Origin: Octopus vulgaris
Lineage: Eukaryota
Direction of reading: 5' to 3'
DNA: 64,000 nucleotides
NCBI GenBank assembly: GCA_951406725.2
Contig: OX597843.1
Coordinates: 17,112,001 to 17,176,000, forward strand
Below are positions 1 through 13,800 of the stretch, one piece after another. The notes under the pieces were generated by a model. The model ran no database searches and was not told where the DNA came from. It was given only the letters and a program-made list of their open reading frames with translations. Every line of letters starts with the position of its first letter. Within the stretch, counting starts at the first letter, position 1. Made by a program: the position numbers and the translations under genes.

Positions 1-63
1 TCTTGTCAAATTTCTCCCTTTAAATACCTGCCGCATAGGCTCCAGCAGGCAGCCCCAGCAAGT

Positions 64-75
64 TGTCACGTGACA
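64..75. promoter_or_regulatory. Palindromic E-box (CLEAR/USF-type) TGTCACGTGACA upstream of PORCN
   Basis: Perfect 12-bp palindrome in a locally CpG-containing stretch (1-150), about 1.35 kb upstream of the ATG. Function is not demonstrated. Confidence 0.3.
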
Positions 76-159
76 CTGTCTCACCTTAACTGACTAGTGA
101 AGGCGCGTAGTTTTAGCCCGCGCTTTTTCTAAACGACCGTCACCTGACAAGCATTAGAT

Positions 160-660
160 TAATTAAAATAAGTTTTTGACATATTTCAGCTTCTAAAGAC
201 AAATTCACTGCAGTTACTCTGGAGAAAAAATTCTCTCTTATGGTAAAAATATGTAAAAAAAAAAACAAAAAACCATATCAAACCTGTGCTGCTCCCTGTC
301 AGTTTCCCAGATGCATTTCTAGCTCTTTAGTCATTATCAAAAGGAAATACCAAAGAGAGGTAACTCTGGACAGACTTCAAAGCCATAGCTGTAACTAAAA
401 TACAGACCTGGACTGAGTTGCACTCTTACACCTCCAGACCGGCTTTAAAACCTGCTCAGAGTTACTTTTCTTTGTTCTTTCCATTTGATAAAGGCTAAAG
501 AGCTAGAAGTGTGTCTGGGAATCTGATAGGGGCAACACTGGGCAGATATGGTGTTTTTTTTACACCTTTTTACCATAAGTGAGAAAATTTTTACCATGGC
601 AACTGCAGTGAATTTGCCTTTAGCAGTTGAAATATGTCACAAACATAGTTTAACTAACTT
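160..660. repeat. Imperfect ~500-bp fold-back palindrome (MITE-like)
   Basis: tgacatatttcagcttctaaagacaaattcactgcagtt (177-) is nearly the reverse complement of aactgcagtgaatttgcctttagcagttgaaatatgtca (601-639); pairing continues to a centre near 418. Confidence 0.85.
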
Positions 661-930
661 AAATTTATGCCGAAACACTGCTTGGCAATGATACTGCTGT
701 GTGTATGTATACACACAGCCTTATCTTAATTAATTTTATTTTGTGTTGGTTATTTTGTTCCACAGAATCAAGCACTTATACACAAAAATGAAGTGCCCTT
801 CCTTTTTTAAGATATTGGGGTGTGGAGTTGTCTGAGATTTGACTGCTATTTCTAGCAGGTGAAAAGAGCACATACAGTTCCTCTTGTTGATTTAAAGGAA
901 ATGAAAAAAAATAATAATAACCATGTTATA

Positions 931-1342
931 GGCGCAGGAGTGGCTGTATGGTAAGTAGCTTGCTAACCAACCACATGGTTCTGGGTTCAGTCCCACTGCG
1001 TGGCATCTTGGGCAAGTGTCTTCTGCTATAGCCCTGGGCCGACCAATGCCTTGTGAGTGGATTTGGTAGACGGAAACTGAAAGAAGCCTGTCATATATAT
1101 GTATATATATATATATATATATAGTGTGTGTGTGTATATGTTTGTGTGTCTGTATTTGTCCCCCTAGCATTGCTTGACAACCGATGCTGGTGTGTTTATG
1201 TCCCCGTTACTTAGCGGTTCGACAAAAGAGACCGATAGAATAAGTACTGGGCTTACAAAGAATAAGTCCCGGGGTCGATTTGCTCGACTAAAGGCGGTGC
1301 TCCAGCATGGCCGCAGTCAAATGACTAAAACAAGTAAAAGAG
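931..1342 (+). mobile_element. tRNA-derived SINE, family A (CORE-like middle, CR1-like 3' tail)
   Basis: A-box-like TGGCTGTATGG, B-box GGTTCAGTCCC, core CTTGGGCAAGTGTCTT, tail GCTCCAGCATGGCCGCAGTCAAATGACTAAAACAAG; many copies in the window. Confidence 0.85.
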
Positions 1343-1424
1343 TGGTCTGCTGCCATATTCTGAAAACCATGACCTTCACTGTCTGTCTCTTTTTTTTCTA
1401 TTTTGTTCTTCTTCTTCTCTAGAT

Positions 1425-1659
1425 ATGGACATGGAGGCATACTACTCCGACATGGAGAATCTCGACGAAGATGAGCTAATGAACTACTTTGAGCAGGAGG
1501 AGATGTATAACTATGATGACACTGTTTACCAACAACCACCCTTATGGCAACTGCTGGACACCTGTGTTCTACCTGTCATCCAACAAACGATCACCACCGT
1601 TCTGCCCCTGGCTGTCGCTTGCATTGTATCAAAATTGGTTGCTAGTCTCACTGTAGAAG
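1425..1659 (+). CDS. PORCN: PORCN coding exon 1 (MDMEAYY...LTVE; acidic N-terminus plus first hydrophobic helix)
   Basis: Polypyrimidine tract and AG at 1421-1422, ATG at 1425, donor G|GTATGT at 1660 (phase 1). [14 protein letters not shown] resembles human QQLLQGCLLPTAQQ. Confidence 0.9.
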
Positions 1660-2092
1660 GTATGTTGACAAACAACAGCAGTAATCAAAGAATATATATA
1701 TATAGGTGCAGGAGTGGCTGTGTGGTAAGTAGCTTGCTAACCAACCACATGGTTCCGGGCTCAGTCCCACTGTGTGGCACCTTGGGCAAGTGTCTTCTAC
1801 TATAGCCTCGGGCCGACCAAAGCCTTGTGAGTGGATTTGGTAGGCGGAAACTGAAAGAAGCCTGTCGTATACTCTTTTACTCTCTCGTTTACTCTTTTAC
1901 TTGTTTCAGTCATTTGACTGCGGCCATGCTGGAGCACCACCTTGAGTCGAGCAAATCGACCCCAGGACTTATTCTTTGTAAGCCCAGTACTTATTCTATC
2001 GGTCTCTTTTACCGAACCGCTAAGTGACGTGAACGTAAACACACCAGCATCGGTTGTCAAGTGATACTAGGGGGACAAAAACAGACATACAA

Positions 2093-2125
<33 letters not shown>

Positions 2126-4036
2126 CATATATACGACAGGCTTCTTTCAGTTTCCGTCTACCAAATCCACTCACAAGGCATTGGTTGGCCCGGGGCTATA
2201 GCAGAAGGCACTTGCCCAAGGTGCCACGTAGTGGGACTGAACCCGCAACCATGTGGCTGGTTAGCAAGCTACTTACCACACAGACGTCAATTTTAACATT
2301 GAAATAACTTCGTAAATATAAGTTTTTCTCAAAAATGCTAAGAGTAAAAGATGTTCCATATGACACATTCTACCAGTGTCCAAAGTTTGAAAGTGTTTAG
2401 TTACAAAAAATTATTTTTTAAATCTGTCGGTCAAAAGGTAAAGATCCCAGCTATGTTGGTTGACTGTGTTAGTTCAACTTGTGTTGGTTTAACAGTTGGT
2501 CATTGAACAGTGAATGCTGAGTATCGTACCTATTTTCAAGAAACAGAGAGTGAATTCTGTATTAACATACATTTCTGCGATAGGTTATTCTTATATAACC
2601 ATAACCATCTATTTTCCCTTCTCAAGCCATGCCTGGCTCATAAGGGCCGGTCTCCCGTTTCCTTGGCGTATAGGTTCCTCACCTGGATGGGATGCCAGTC
2701 CGTCACAGGTGAGCTGCAAGAAAGTTTTGGGGGAAAGAGTCAGCAGAAGTTCGCCATTACCTTCTGCTGGAGCCGCGTGGAGCTTAGGTGTTTCGCTCAT
2801 AAACACACACATCACCCGGTCTGAGATTTGAACCTGCGATCCCTCGACCGCAAGTCCGCTGCTCTAACCACTAGGCCATGTGCCTCCACAAATGTAGAAG
2901 GTAATAAAGATTTATTATAATTCTGTCTGCTATAGGTACAAGGCCTGGAATTTGGGCAAGGAGAGATCTAGTCAATTATATTGACCCCAGTGCACAACTG
3001 GGACCCAAAAGGATGAAATGCAAAGCCAGCCTTGGTGGAATTTGAACTCAGAACATAAAGATGGACAAAATATCACTAGACAGTTTTTTTGGCATGCTAA
3101 CAATTCTGTCAGCTCCCTGCCTTAATAAATAATAATAATAATATTCACCGTGTCGGTGGCACGTAACATACATCATCCTATCGTGGCCGTTGCCAGCCTC
3201 GCATGGCCCCCGTGCTGGTGGCACGTAAAAAGCACCATCCGATCGTGGCCGTTGCCAGCCTCGCATGGCACGTAAAAAGCACCATCCGATCGTGGCCGTT
3301 GCCAGCCCCGTCTGGCACCTGTGCCGGTGGCACGTAAAAAACACCATCTGAGCGTGGCCGTTCACCAGCCTCGTCTGGCACCTGTGTCGGTGGCACATAA
3401 AATCACCCACTACACTCACGGAGTGGTTGGCGTTAGGAAGGGCATCCAGCTGTAGAAACACTGCCAGATCTGACTGGCCTGGTGCAGCCTCCGGGCTCCC
3501 CAGACCCCAGTTGAACCGTCCAACCCATGCTAGCATGGAAAGCGGACGTTAAATGATGATGATGATGATGATGGGCTTCTTTCAGTTTTCCTCTACCAAA
3601 TCCACTCACAAGGCTTTAGTTGGCCCGAGGCTATAGTAGAAGACACTTGCCCAAGGTGCCACGCAGTGGGACTGAATAATTTATCGAACCCCCGAAAAGA
3701 CGAAAGGCAAAGTTGACCGTGGCAGAATTTGAACTCAGGACATAGCAATGGGCAAAATATCGCTAAATATTTCGTCCAGCATGCTAACGATTCTGCCAAC
3801 TCACCGCCTTAAAAAAAAAAAATAATAATAATAATAATAATGATGATAATGATGATGATAATAGTTCATTTGTCGGAAGGGTGTTTGAATAGAGTGGCAG
3901 TGGCAGATTGGGGTGGTTATGAACTATAATGATAGTAATGATGTGTATAATGGTATATAATCTTGAAGCAAAGGTCATGTGTTAATGTCTGCATAACATA
4001 AACAACAACACATCTACATATACATAAATAACACTC

Positions 4037-4085
<49 letters not shown>

Positions 4086-5238
4086 TACATATATACATAC
4101 ATATATACACATATATATATATATATATACATACATATATACATACATATATATATATATACACACACATACATATATACATACATATATACATATATAT
4201 ATATACATATATACACGCATACATATATATATATATATATATACATATATACACACATATATACATATATACATACACACACATACATATACATACACAC
4301 ACATATACATATATACACACATATATACACACATACATATATACATACATATATACACACATATATATATATATACACACATACATATATACATACATAT
4401 ATATATACATATATATATACATACATATATACATACACATATATATATATATACACACATACACATACATAGACCTACACACACACAAACATATATGCAC
4501 ATCCATGCATACATACATACATACATTAATATACATGTATATTCAACATATCTGCCGCCAGCCATATGTACATACATATATACACACACAAATGCATATA
4601 CATATACACACTAATAACATATATATACACCCATTCATATACACATGTACAAACACACAAATAGCATAAATACATCTGTACCTATGTACATACATACTTA
4701 TAAACTTACGTGTATACATATATACATATACACACTAATAACATATATATACACCCATTCATTATACATACTTATAAACTTACGTGTATACATATATACA
4801 TACACACGTATATGTATACACGTACGTACAGACCCTAACATACATGCATAAACACACACATACCTATGCCCGTACAAGCTGATAAATTCTGATATATATA
4901 TATACATACATGTACACAAAATTCCTCCTCCCATCCTCGCCCACCCCTGTCTAGACAAATACCCTTGGATGGGTGGGATTAAGAATAGAGAAGGGAGAGA
5001 AAGAAAGAGGAATATCTGTTGATAAAAGCTAACACATACATACCACCACGACCACCACCACCAAACACTCCCTGCCCTGTGTAGCAGAAGCCCCTGGGGT
5101 GGGGCGGTTAAAAAGACTGGAGCTTGTGTGTAGACACATATACACATATATATATGAAGACAATCACATACTTCCACACACACACAGTGAAGACAGCAAC
5201 ACATATATATATACATACACACATACAAGCGAGAACTG

Positions 5239-5279
<41 letters not shown>

Positions 5280-6035
5280 GAAGACAGTAACACACATATA
5301 CATACACACATATACATACACACATACAAGCAAGAACTTATGTACACACACACACACACACACACACACAAAACATGTGATGACAGTAACACACACACAC
5401 ACACACACACATATACAAAGACATGTGATGACAGTAACACACACACACACACACACACATATACAAAGACATGTGATGACAGTAACACACACACACACAC
5501 ACACACATATACAAAGACATGTGATGACAGTAACACACACACACACACATATACAAAGACATGTGATGACAGTAACACACACACACACACACACATATAC
5601 AAAGACATGTGATGACAGTAACACACACATATACACACACGCACATATAAAAACAAGCACTTGCACACATTCACACAAATACACATATGAAGACAATAAC
5701 AATTCCTCACATGCAGGGGCAGCAATACACACACACATACAGACAAGCAGTTATCTACACACCAACACAGATGCACACATATACATACTCATAACAGATC
5801 ATAACATAACACATACACACACACACATAGACCAGCACATACCCACACTTATGCACTCACACACATTCACATATACAGACAGTAACACACACACACAAAC
5901 AAGCAAACAAGAGCTTACACACACACATACACTCACACACACATACATACACACATATACATATAAAAAAAAGCACTTGCCCACACATTCACACACACAC
6001 AGTCACACACACACACAGACACCCACACACACACA

Positions 6036-6077
<42 letters not shown>

Positions 6078-6091
6078 CACACACACACAGT

Positions 6092-6153
<62 letters not shown>

Positions 6154-6561
6154 CACACACACACAGACACACACACAGTCTCACACACACACACAGACAC
6201 ACACACACAAACAAGCGCTTACCCACACACATACACACATACACACATACATTCACATATACACACACATATACATACATATTAAAGCAAGCACATACCC
6301 ACACAATTTCACACACACGTAAACACACACATACAGAAAAGACACACATAAAAACATGCACTTACACGCGCACACACACACACACACACGCATGGACCCG
6401 TTTAACAAGCTGTCTTTGGGTGGGTGAGGTTATAGAGAAAGAAATGTTTCCTAGACACACAAAAACCCAAATTTTTAACCTTTGAGGTCAGACACTGCTG
6501 ATTGCATTTCTGACAAATAACAATCCGTTTCTTACACACAATCTACACACTATCAAATGCA

Positions 6562-6592
<31 letters not shown>

Positions 6593-9500
6593 TCACACAC
6601 ACACACACATACAAACACACACACGCACACCTATGTTTGTGTCTTTTTGACCATATTTGGTTGCTTATCTGAATCATCATCATCATCATTGTTTAACGTC
6701 CGCTTTCCATGCTAGCATGGGTTGGACGGTGCAACTGGGGTCTGGGAAGCCAGAAGGCTGCACCAGGCCCAGTCTGATCTGGCAGTGTTTCTACGGCTGG
6801 ATGCCCTTCCTAACGCCAACCACTCCGTGAGTGTAGTGGGTGATTTTATGTGCCACCGACACAGGTGCCAGACGAGGCTGGCGAACGGCCACGATCGGAT
6901 GGTGCTTTTTATGTGCCATAGGCACGGGGGCCAGGTGAGGCTGGCAACGGCCACAATCGGATGGTGCCTTTTACGTGCCACCGGCACAGAGGCCAGTCGG
7001 GGCGGCGCTGGCAATGGCCACGTTCGGATGGTTCTCTTACATACCACCTGCACTGATATCACAGCTGCAATTTCCATTGATGTTGATCGATTTTGATTTT
7101 GATTTTCACTTGCCTCAACAGGTCTTCACAGGTAGAGTTTTGTGTCCCAAGAAAGAAAGGTATGCATAAGTGGACTGGCTACATCCCATGTAGAGGCCAT
7201 GGGTTATGGTCTCACTTGTCCTGCCGGGTCTTCTCACGCACAGCATACTTCCAAAGGTCTTGGTCTCTAGTCATTTCCTCAGTGAGACCTAAAATTCGAA
7301 GGTCTTGCTTCACCACCTCGTCCCAGGTTTTCCTGGGTCTACCTCTTCCACAGGTTCCCTCAACAGCTAGGGTGTGGCACTTTTTCACACAACTATCTTC
7401 ATCCATTCTCGCCACATGTCCATACCAGCGCAAACGTCTCTCTTGCACACCACAACTGATGCTTTTTAGGTCCAGCTTTTCTGAGTACGTTTATGTGTAT
7501 CCCCTCCTTCTACATTTTTACTTTGTTTCAGTCATTGGACTGCGACCATACTGGAGTACAACACTGGAGTGTTTAGTCAAACAAGTTGACCCCAGAAGCT
7601 ATGTTTTATTAAGCCCTGGTACTTTCTTTCTGTTGGCCACTTTTCTGACCCCTAAATTATGGAGTTATAATCAAACCATCACCGAATGTCAAGTGGTGGC
7701 AGAGACACACACACACACTCTTATTACTTGTTTCAGTCATTGGGTTGTGGTCATGCTGGAGCACCACCGTGAAAAATTTTTGTTGGATGCATCAACCCCA
7801 GACCTATTTTCATTTTATGCCCGGTTCTTATTCTGTCGGTCTCTTTTACCAAGCCCACTAAATTCATCATCATCATCATCAACATTTAACGTCCCTTTTC
7901 CATTCTGGCATGGGTTGGACAGTTTGACAGGATCTGGCAAGCAGCAGGGCTTTAGCAAACCCCTGTATCAGCTTTGGCATAGTTTCTAATGTTAGGGGCC
8001 CATCTTCACACCAACCACTTTACAATGTGTATGGGTGCTTATTGCTTATTCTTTTGTTAGTGTCATCAGCATTAGTGAGGTTCCAAGTGTCTTGCGAAAC
8101 AAAAAAGGAGCTCGGAAAAAGCCCTCATATCTAAGTAGAACAGAGTATTTGAGAGGGAATGGTGGGTTTACACCTGGGGTTGAGTAGCTTAAACTATGAC
8201 TGAGGAACAAGCACAGGTGTGTTACTATAGAGAAGACTAGCAGTATCGCCCGGCGTTGCTCGGGTTTGTAAGGGAAATAACTATAAAGCATTTTTAGAGA
8301 GTTATAGCCAAAAAATGGAAAAAAATTATGGTAAATTTTTTTGAGAGTTAAAAAGGTCGAGTTGCGTCCCCTAGACAGTCTGTGGTTTGTGTTTCTGATT
8401 CTCGACCCCATGTCGAATTTATCGATTTTTTTTCAGAACTGGGGGAACTTTTCAAAATTTTCGCTGCGTTAGTTTTGAATTATGACATTGGGCTACGTGT
8501 GTGTCAAGTTTCATCAGAATCAGTTGAAAGCCGTGGTCAGGGTGAGGGTACAACCTAACAGACACACAGACAGACAAACTGCCGTTTATATATAGAGAGA
8601 TACATGGCTACCCTGCATTGTGGGTGGGTGTGAGGCAGCAAGCTGGCAGAATTGTTAACACGCTGGGTAAAATGCTTAGTAACAGCTGTCTTTACGTTCT
8701 GAGTTCAAATTCCACCAAGGTCAACATTGCCTTTCATCTCTTTGAGGAGTCGATTAACTAAGAACAAGTTGTGCACTGGAGTTGATGTAATCGACTAGTC
8801 CCCTCCTCATAAAATCTCAGGCCTCGTGCCTACAGTGTCTATAGTGTGTCTGTGGAGTACTCGGCCACTTGCATGTTAATTTCACAAGCAGGCTGTTCTG
8901 TTGATCAGATCAGCTGGAATGCTTGTAGTTCTGACAGAGTGTCAGGCCAAGGATATGCTGTTGTCTTTGTATGGGTGTGAGAGGACAGACAGACAGACAA
9001 CTGTCATTTCATCATCATTTAGCATCCATTGTCCATGCTGGCATGGGTTGGACGGTTTGAAGGCAGCGAGCTGGCAGAATCGTTAGCATGTCAGACGAAA
9101 TGCGTAGCCGTATTTCGTCTGCCGTTACATTCCAAGTTCAAATTCCGCCGAGGTCGACTTTGCCTTTCATCCTTTCGGGGTCGATAAATTAAGTACCAGT
9201 TACGCACTGGGTCGATATAATCGACTTAATCCCATTGTCTGTCCTTGTTTGTCCTCTCTGTGTTTAACCTCTTGTGGGTAATAAAGAAATAGGTATATAA
9301 AGGTAGGTGGAATTAGCTGGGAAGATGATAAAGATGGTTGTGATGGAGAGTCAGAGCCGACCCTCAACCATGTAGCTATTCCCAAATTGTTATTACTCTT
9401 CCTCTTAGGTGGTGAGCTGGCAGAAACCTTAGTGCAACTGTTGAAATGCTTAGCGACATTTCGTCTGCCATTACGTTCTGAGTTCAAATTCCGCTGAGGT

Positions 9501-10204
9501 CGACTTTACCTTTCATCCTTTCGGGGTCGATAAATTAAGTACCAGTCACAAACTGGGATCGATGTAATCGACTTAATCCGTTTGTCTGTCCTTGTTTGTC
9601 CCCTCTATGTTTAGCCCCTTGTGGGCAGTAAAGAAATAGGTATTTCGTCCGCCGTTACGTTCTGAGTTCAAATTCCGCCGAGGTCAACTTTGCCTTTCAT
9701 CCTTTCGGGGTCAATTAAATAAGTACCAGTTACACACTGGGGGTCGATGTAATCGACTTAACCTGTTTGTCCTCTCTGTGTTTAGCCCCTTGTGGGTAGT
9801 AAAGAAATAGGTATTTCATCTGCCGTTATGTTCTGAGTTCAAATTCCGCCGAGGTCGACTTTGCCTTTCATCCTTTTGGGGTCGATAAATTAAGTACCAG
9901 TTACGCACTGGGGTCGATGTAATCGACTTAATCCATTTGTCTGTCCTTGTTTGTCTTCTCTGTGTTTGGCCCCTTGTGGGTAGTAAAGAAATAGGTATTT
10001 CGTCTGCTGTTATGTTCTGAGTTCAAATTCCGCCGTGGTCGACTTTGCCTTTCATCCTTTCGGGGTCAATAAATTAAGTACCAGTTACGCACTGGGGGTC
10101 GATGTACTTGATTTAATCCGTTTGTCTGTCCTTGTTCGTCCCCTCTATGTTTAGCCCCTTGTGGACAATAAAGAAATATTACTCTAACAACTGATATTTC
10201 TTAT

Positions 10205-10242
<38 letters not shown>

Positions 10243-10793
10243 CGTTCTCCAGGTCGCAGTGAAACCACCATACAGAGGTCAGTGGTGCATTTTTCCAGTG
10301 GTCTGTTTGGACTCAGTATCCTCTACAACTTCTTCCATTCCACCATGCTCTATCTGCTCATCACTGCCGGTTTGGGTTACCTTGTCATTACCATCACCGT
10401 GTTCAAGTGCCGGCCCCTTTGCGGCATCTGCGTGTCGGCTTCGGTTGTACTAATCATTATCCTACTGTAAGTTGCTGTTTCTTTCTATGCACGTGTGTGT
10501 GAGAGTATTAGACTATATTATCATCCGTATGAATGTTTGAGACTATACTCTTACACTTTACTCTCTCTTGTACTTGTTTCAGTCATTTGACTGCAGCCAT
10601 GCTGGAGCACTGCCTTTAGTCAATCAAATCGACTCCAGGACTTATTCTTTTGTAAGCCCAGTACTTATTCTATCGGTCACTTTTACCGAACCGCTTAGTT
10701 ACGGGGATGTAAACACACCAGCATCGGTTGTCAAGCGGTGTTGGTCGGACAAACACAGACACACAAACATACACACACATATACATACACATG

Positions 10794-10825
<32 letters not shown>

Positions 10826-13800
10826 TACGACGGGCTTCTTTCAGTTTCCGTCTACCGAATCCACTCACAAGGCTTTGGTCAGCCTGAGGCTATAGTAGAA
10901 GACACTTGCCCAAGATGCCACGCAGTGGGACTGAACCCGGAACCATGCGGTTGGTAAGCAAGCTACTTACCACACAGCCACTCCTGCGCCTATTTATATA
11001 TAAATATATGATGGACTTCTTTCAGTTTCCGTCTACCGAATCCACTCACAAGGCTTTGGTCAGCCTGAGGCTATAGTAGAAGACACTTGCCCAAGATGCC
11101 ACGCAGTGGGACTGAACCCGGAACCATGTGGTTGGTAAGCAAGCTACTTACCACACAGCCCCTCCTGCGCCTATGTGTATATGTCTGTGCATGTGTGTGT
11201 GAGAGAGAAACAAACAACTGTTATTTATGTGCATGTGTGTATGTATGAGTTAGACAATATTATTGACTGTATGAATATTTGAAGTTATGGCTCAGAAATC
11301 TGGACATTATCAAAGAAGCTTGAGAGGCGGTTGGATGGAACCTACACTCGCCTCCTTATGAGAGCTCAAAATCTCTTGTGGAAGCTTCATCCAACCAAAG
11401 TACAAATATATGGGAAACTACCACCTGTGTCATCTCTTGTGAAAGGTAGGAGAGTCCAGTTTGCTGGACATTGTTGTAGAGCTGAAAACAAGGTAATTTC
11501 TCCTCTTCTCCTCTGGAAGCCATCTACTCGCGATACCAGAGGGCACACACTCTCCAACCCTGATGTAGGTCGGCCCAGGGCTATAGCAGAAGACACTTGC
11601 CCAAGATGTCACGCAGTGGGACTGAACCCAGAAACATGTGGTTGGTTAGCAAGCTACTTACCACACAGCCACTCCTGCGCCTGTATGTGCATATATTATC
11701 TATATGTGAGTGTGTATGTGTGTATGAATATCTATATGTGAGGGTATGTATTCATGTGTAAGTGTGTATTAAAATTTATATGTGGGTATGCATATATATC
11801 TTCGTCATTGTTTTAACATGCATTTTGCCATGCTCGCTTGGGTCAGACAGATCTTGTTGAGGCAGGTTTTCTATGGCCGGATGCCCTTCCTGTCACCAAA
11901 CCCTCACCTGTTTCCAAATAAGGCCTGTTTTCACAGAAGATTGGAAATGAAAGGCACCACTTGCATAACTTCTTTACAGATGTCAAGGCAAGGAATTAGC
12001 AACACGGGCCAAAAGCCATGTGCCAAAACGTTTGATATTCTGTTTATATTATCCTTATTGAGTGAGAGAGCTATGCATGCCTATTTCTTTACTACCCACC
12101 AGGGGCTAAACACAGAGGGGACAAACAAGGACAGACATAGGTATTAAGTCGATTATATCGACCCCAGTGCGTAGCTGGTACTTAATTTATCGACCCCAAA
12201 AGGATGAAAGGCAAAGTCGACCTCGGTGGAATTTGAACTTAAAACGTAATGGCAGACGAAATACCTATTTCTTTATTACCCACAAGGGGCTAAACATAGA
12301 GGGGACAAACAAGGACAGACACACGGATTAAGTCGATTATATCGACCCCAGTGTGTAATCGGTACTTAATTTATCGGCCCCGAAAGGATGAAAGGCAAAG
12401 TCGACCTTGGCAGAATTTGAACTTAGAATGTAACGGCAGCCGAAATACCGCTAAGCATTTCGCCCGGCGTGCTAACGCTTCTGCCATCTTGCCGCCTATG
12501 CATGCCCTCAAAGTGACACTCGGGTACAAATATACGAAACCCAATATACCCTTCATGACTACCTGTCTGATAAGGGTACACCAGGCACATGCATCACAAC
12601 CATATGTACACATCATACTGATCTCATGAAAGGCTTTGCATTTCATCCTCCTGGGGTCAATAAAATACCAGCTGAGCACTGAGGTGGCATGGTTGAATCA
12701 ATCAACTAGCTCCCTCCCCCAAAATTGCAGGCCTTGTGCCAAAACTTTGAAACCATTATTATTATTATTATTATTATTATTGAGTGAGAGAGCAGTGTAT
12801 GACATCAAAGTGACACTGGGGTACAAATATACGAAGCCCAGTATACTCATCATGACTACCCGTCTGATAAGGGTACACCAGGCACATGCATCACAACCAT
12901 ATGTATGCATCATACTGATCTCATATCAAGATAAACAGCACATGACCTTGCAGGTGGGGCCCAGTTAGTATTCTCTTCTGGTCGAGTAACCCATCCTGCT
13001 CAAAAGGTCCCTGAATAAGGGTTGTTTAAGGATGTTGAAAGAAACACCCATGTTTCCAGAGGTGAATTATCCAAACCCCCAAAGAATCCCTCTCAACTCA
13101 CGGCTTGATGCTCCCCCACTACTTCTGCTTGCGACCAGAGATGCACATATCGTCAGCCACTAAGGGACATGCTCAACTGGTTAAGGCCATGCTTCACAGC
13201 ATTTTGACTGTCCTTACATTTTGAGTTCAATTCTGCCGAGGTCACCTTTGTCTTTCATCCTTTTAGGGTTGATAAATTAAGTACCAGTGAAACACTAGGG
13301 TTGATGTAATTGACTATTACCCCCTCCCTAAAAATTTCAGGCCTTGTGCCTTTAGTAGAGAGAATCATCATCATCATCATCATCATCATTATTATTATTA
13401 TTATCATTAGTGAAGGTGCATGGCTCAGTGGTTAGAGCGTCTAGTTTAGGATCGTGAAGTTGTGAGCTCAAATCCCGGACCAGGCTGCTTGTTGTGTTCT
13501 TGAGCAAGACACTTTCACGTTATTTCACGTTGCTTCCAGTTCACTCAACTGTAGAAATGAGTTGCGATGTCACTGGTGCCAAGCTGTATCGATTGGCCTT
13601 TGCCTTTTCCTTGGATGACACTGCATGGCACCTTGAGCAAGTGTCATCTGCTATAGCTGCAGACCACCCGAAGCTTTGTAACTGAATCTGAAAGGTAGAA
13701 GTTACCACCCTGTGTGTACATGGGTAAGTGCTTGTGCCTCCTAACATACGTACGTACATACATACATACATACATACATACATTGAAACTCCGACGTCTG

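Noticed and set aside
766-858. Possible 5' UTR exon (cacag|AATC...CAG|gtgaaa)
   Set aside because: Weak donor, contains an upstream ATG and looks partly repeat-derived; cannot be supported without transcripts.
892-1422. Recurring small ORFs such as [11 protein letters not shown]... and MTTDAGVF...
   Set aside because: They are chance ORFs within SINE A copies.
3917-6361. Long Y/I/C/V/M- or H/T-rich ORFs (also 51626-52958 and 63014-63997)
   Set aside because: They are translations of (TA)n/(CA)n microsatellites that lack stop codons.
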